A DNA stretch of 64,000 bases, taken from assembly GCA_002633005.1 (NCBI GenBank), contig NMRA01000295.1, positions 314,240 through 378,239 of the forward strand, read 5' to 3'. The position numbers and the translations under genes are program-made. Positions 61,421 to 64,000 of the stretch are shown here, one piece after another. The notes under the pieces are model-generated. The model was not told where the DNA came from. It made no database searches and worked only from the letters and a program-made list of their open reading frames with translations. Position 1 is the stretch's first letter; the number at the start of each line of letters is the position of its first letter. Source of the DNA: Phoronis australis. Lineage: Eukaryota; Animalia; Phoronida.

Positions 61421-64000
61421 CCGACCATTTTTCAATTAAATGTCATAGATAGCACTTCTAACTAATTATTTCTGCTATGTTTTGCAGTCGTCCATTGCTT
61501 TTGTCATGAGTACTTTGGCTGGATTGATTTGGAAACAAACGTCAGTAAATCGAGGTAAAACTATTTTCCACATCTTGTAGGCTAAGTCTTCGTGAATTAA
61601 GCCTAGCAATAGCGTCATAGAAATCTCATGACTAGTTAATAATACAAAGTGTTAATCTGTCTTGTGGGCTTCAGGGAATTAGCGTAATTTTATGAAATAT
61701 TTACCTCGGTCACTAGTTTTAAAAAACTATTAGCAAAATACATAACTTGTGCCTGGTTCCGATTGCTTCTAATGATTACATACTTTCACGCAACCTTACT
61801 TCTGCAGCAATACCTAGATTCATTACCCATGTATCAAAAGCAATAAGTGTTTCTTACGATCAGTTAAAGTAGGCATGTTGCATGGCAGTTCATCGGAGAG
61901 GTTATTCGATTTCAATCTCGTCTGACTCTTGATGTTTCGTAAAACTGACGTCAAGCGACAGTAGCGAGGAACCCTTGCACAACGAAGGTCATGGCAACAA
62001 TAACACGTGTACCACCCTGGTACGACCCGGTAACGGTAGCACCTTCTCAAATAACCCTCCGCGAATACTGGACTGCTACTTAGGGCTCTTTGGAACCCTT
62101 GAGTATGCCTGTAAAACATCTTGCAAGAGACATCGACCCATTACAAAACAGAAATTATGGATAAAGCTTTGCAAATGAGCCAATACGACAGATAACGCAA
62201 TACCTCCTTTCCTTTCTATTTCTGGCCGTCTCATAAATGTTTGCGTGTGCTTTTCAATTGGTCATAGTTGGGAGAATTAAAAAGTACGTATAAAACTTTC
62301 AATGTTAACGCTTCTTATGGCGAGGTACTCTGGTGGATGTTTGCCTACAGAGGGCATTCTGGTAAACAGGCATTTCATATTTTGACTTTCTCTTATTGCA
62401 ACTATGGCAAGCTCTGTGTTCCCAGACAATCTCTGTATCTACCTTCACTGATCTTTATTTTTAAACTGCGCATGCTTGAAGCAAGTAATACTCGAATATT
62501 ATGTAATACCAGACAGGAAGGACATTTTCCATAAAAAAGTCATTTTTAAACAGTGCTTACACAGACTTAGTCTGATTGACAAATCAGAATCAAATCATGG
62601 CACTTTTCACTCGGAATTTACAGACAATTTACTACACCTTGGGTCATATAGACTGGAACAAAATCTGGAGTAAACGGTAAACCCTCAACATCTAGTCCCC
62701 CGAAAATAATCTTTTCAAAACGCTCAAACTTTAAAAAAGAACGATTTTTGACTGTGTGTCGCACAAAAACAACCCATCTGTGGGCTCTGCTCTGCACTAT
62801 TTCTTGCTGTCAGCAGCGAACCTTGGTTTAATCATTGCCGTTTGTCGTGGTTTGTATTTTGGGTGGTGAGTAATGAAAAAATGTCCCTACACTTTGTTTG
62901 TCTAACTCTGCAGGTTTAGCTGAATACGGTTTCACGCCAATTTCTGTTCATGTTTTTAAGACTCTCTTTATCAAACACGCACTGGTCCTTAGAAAACCAA
63001 CTCAATTCTGAAGACAGTAGAATTCGCGATAAAGAGATAACTCGTACTTTTTCTTTTAAGCGGTGTTGTCAGCTCGAATGTTTCTTTCTTGCGAAGGCAA
63101 TAAACCACAGCAATTTGTCGAAGGTCTTTGACTTCGACCATTTGCTGTCATGAAATCAGTCTCTTCTAGTTCAGAACTAAGATTCTGATTTGACGTGCAG
63201 GCTTGGAAATAATTGACAAGCCAGACCCACTTAAGTTGCATGTCACGGTGGTTTAGTTTCAGTCGTCAGGGAAGATCGGCCGCCAGGGGAAATCTCGGCG
63301 AACTGAATTAACCAATTTCAAGGATAAGAGCTCGGCGAATTTTTGATTAGAACAAATACTGCTTTAATGAAAGTTGCTGTTTTTTATCACCAGGATACGA
63401 CTGATGACGGCTTTACAAAACTTGGTATATCATCAGTAATTGGTCAAGTGTTCATAAAAACGCATTGCATTCATTTAACGTATTTCCTTGTTTCGAAACT
63501 TTCCCAATTCGTCTGAAAACATCCAGAGAGCGCAAGCACAAGCTGGGGCGTCTAAAGCGCTACCTATAGGTGTCCAGTATCGGACGCGCAGTTGACATGA
63601 TCCCGGATTTGAGCCTGGAACCTTGTAAGTCTCAGTTTACATTTGTCTCAGTTCCGTCTTCTGAAAAACTTTTGCCTGATGTCGTCTATAAACTGTGTAT
63701 AAAGTAAATAACGGAAATACTGACAAAAGCGTGTTTCCTATTCTGAGCGGAGAAAAGCTATCTAGAGCAATCTACCTCAGGACTCCGACTGCCGTAAATA
63801 TATACACTACTCAAAACGTTTTATTTGTAATCTGTTATATGATGTTCTTCTATGATTTTAATAGTAAAAATGGATATTTTTCAACAAAAATGTGGCGCAT
63901 TGGCCCTGTAAAACTGGAAAATATTTTTTCCACGCCGACCTACCAGCAATCTCAGGTCAGTGAGTGGCTATGATGAAGTAAGGCGAGGGAAACGAACTGA

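Noticed and set aside
60911-61465. His/Thr/Val-rich ORFs (up to 184 aa) on both strands
   Set aside because: Produced by a stop-poor (CAT/CAC)n microsatellite; the same applies to 37936-38293 and 23133-23431.

Overview
Animal (invertebrate-like) genomic DNA, AT-rich, with assembly gaps and many repeats. Positions ~1.9-31.3 kb hold the + strand of an ARNT/HIF-1beta/tango-family bHLH-PAS gene. I reconstructed it exon by exon with GT-AG junctions and consistent phases, from the bHLH through PAS-A, PAS-B and PAC to a stop at 31287; the 5' exons lie outside the window. The main finding is that the whole bHLH-coding exon is present twice in tandem (1884-2041 and 2530-2687). Both copies are 158 nt, have the same phases and intact splice sites, and differ at many synonymous sites while keeping the loop/helix-2 start identical, but their basic regions differ. 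This fits mutually exclusive splicing of alternative DNA-binding domains. Nearby are candidate competing RNA pairings and a candidate 21-nt microexon. Introns and the 3' half hold a Penelope-like retroelement fragment (GIY-YIG, 5' inversion, minimal hammerhead), tRNA-derived SINEs, Helentron-type non-autonomous elements, MITEs and microsatellites. Three single-N-joined tandem duplications are probably uncollapsed haplotypes. I could not support any protein-coding gene in 32-64 kb.
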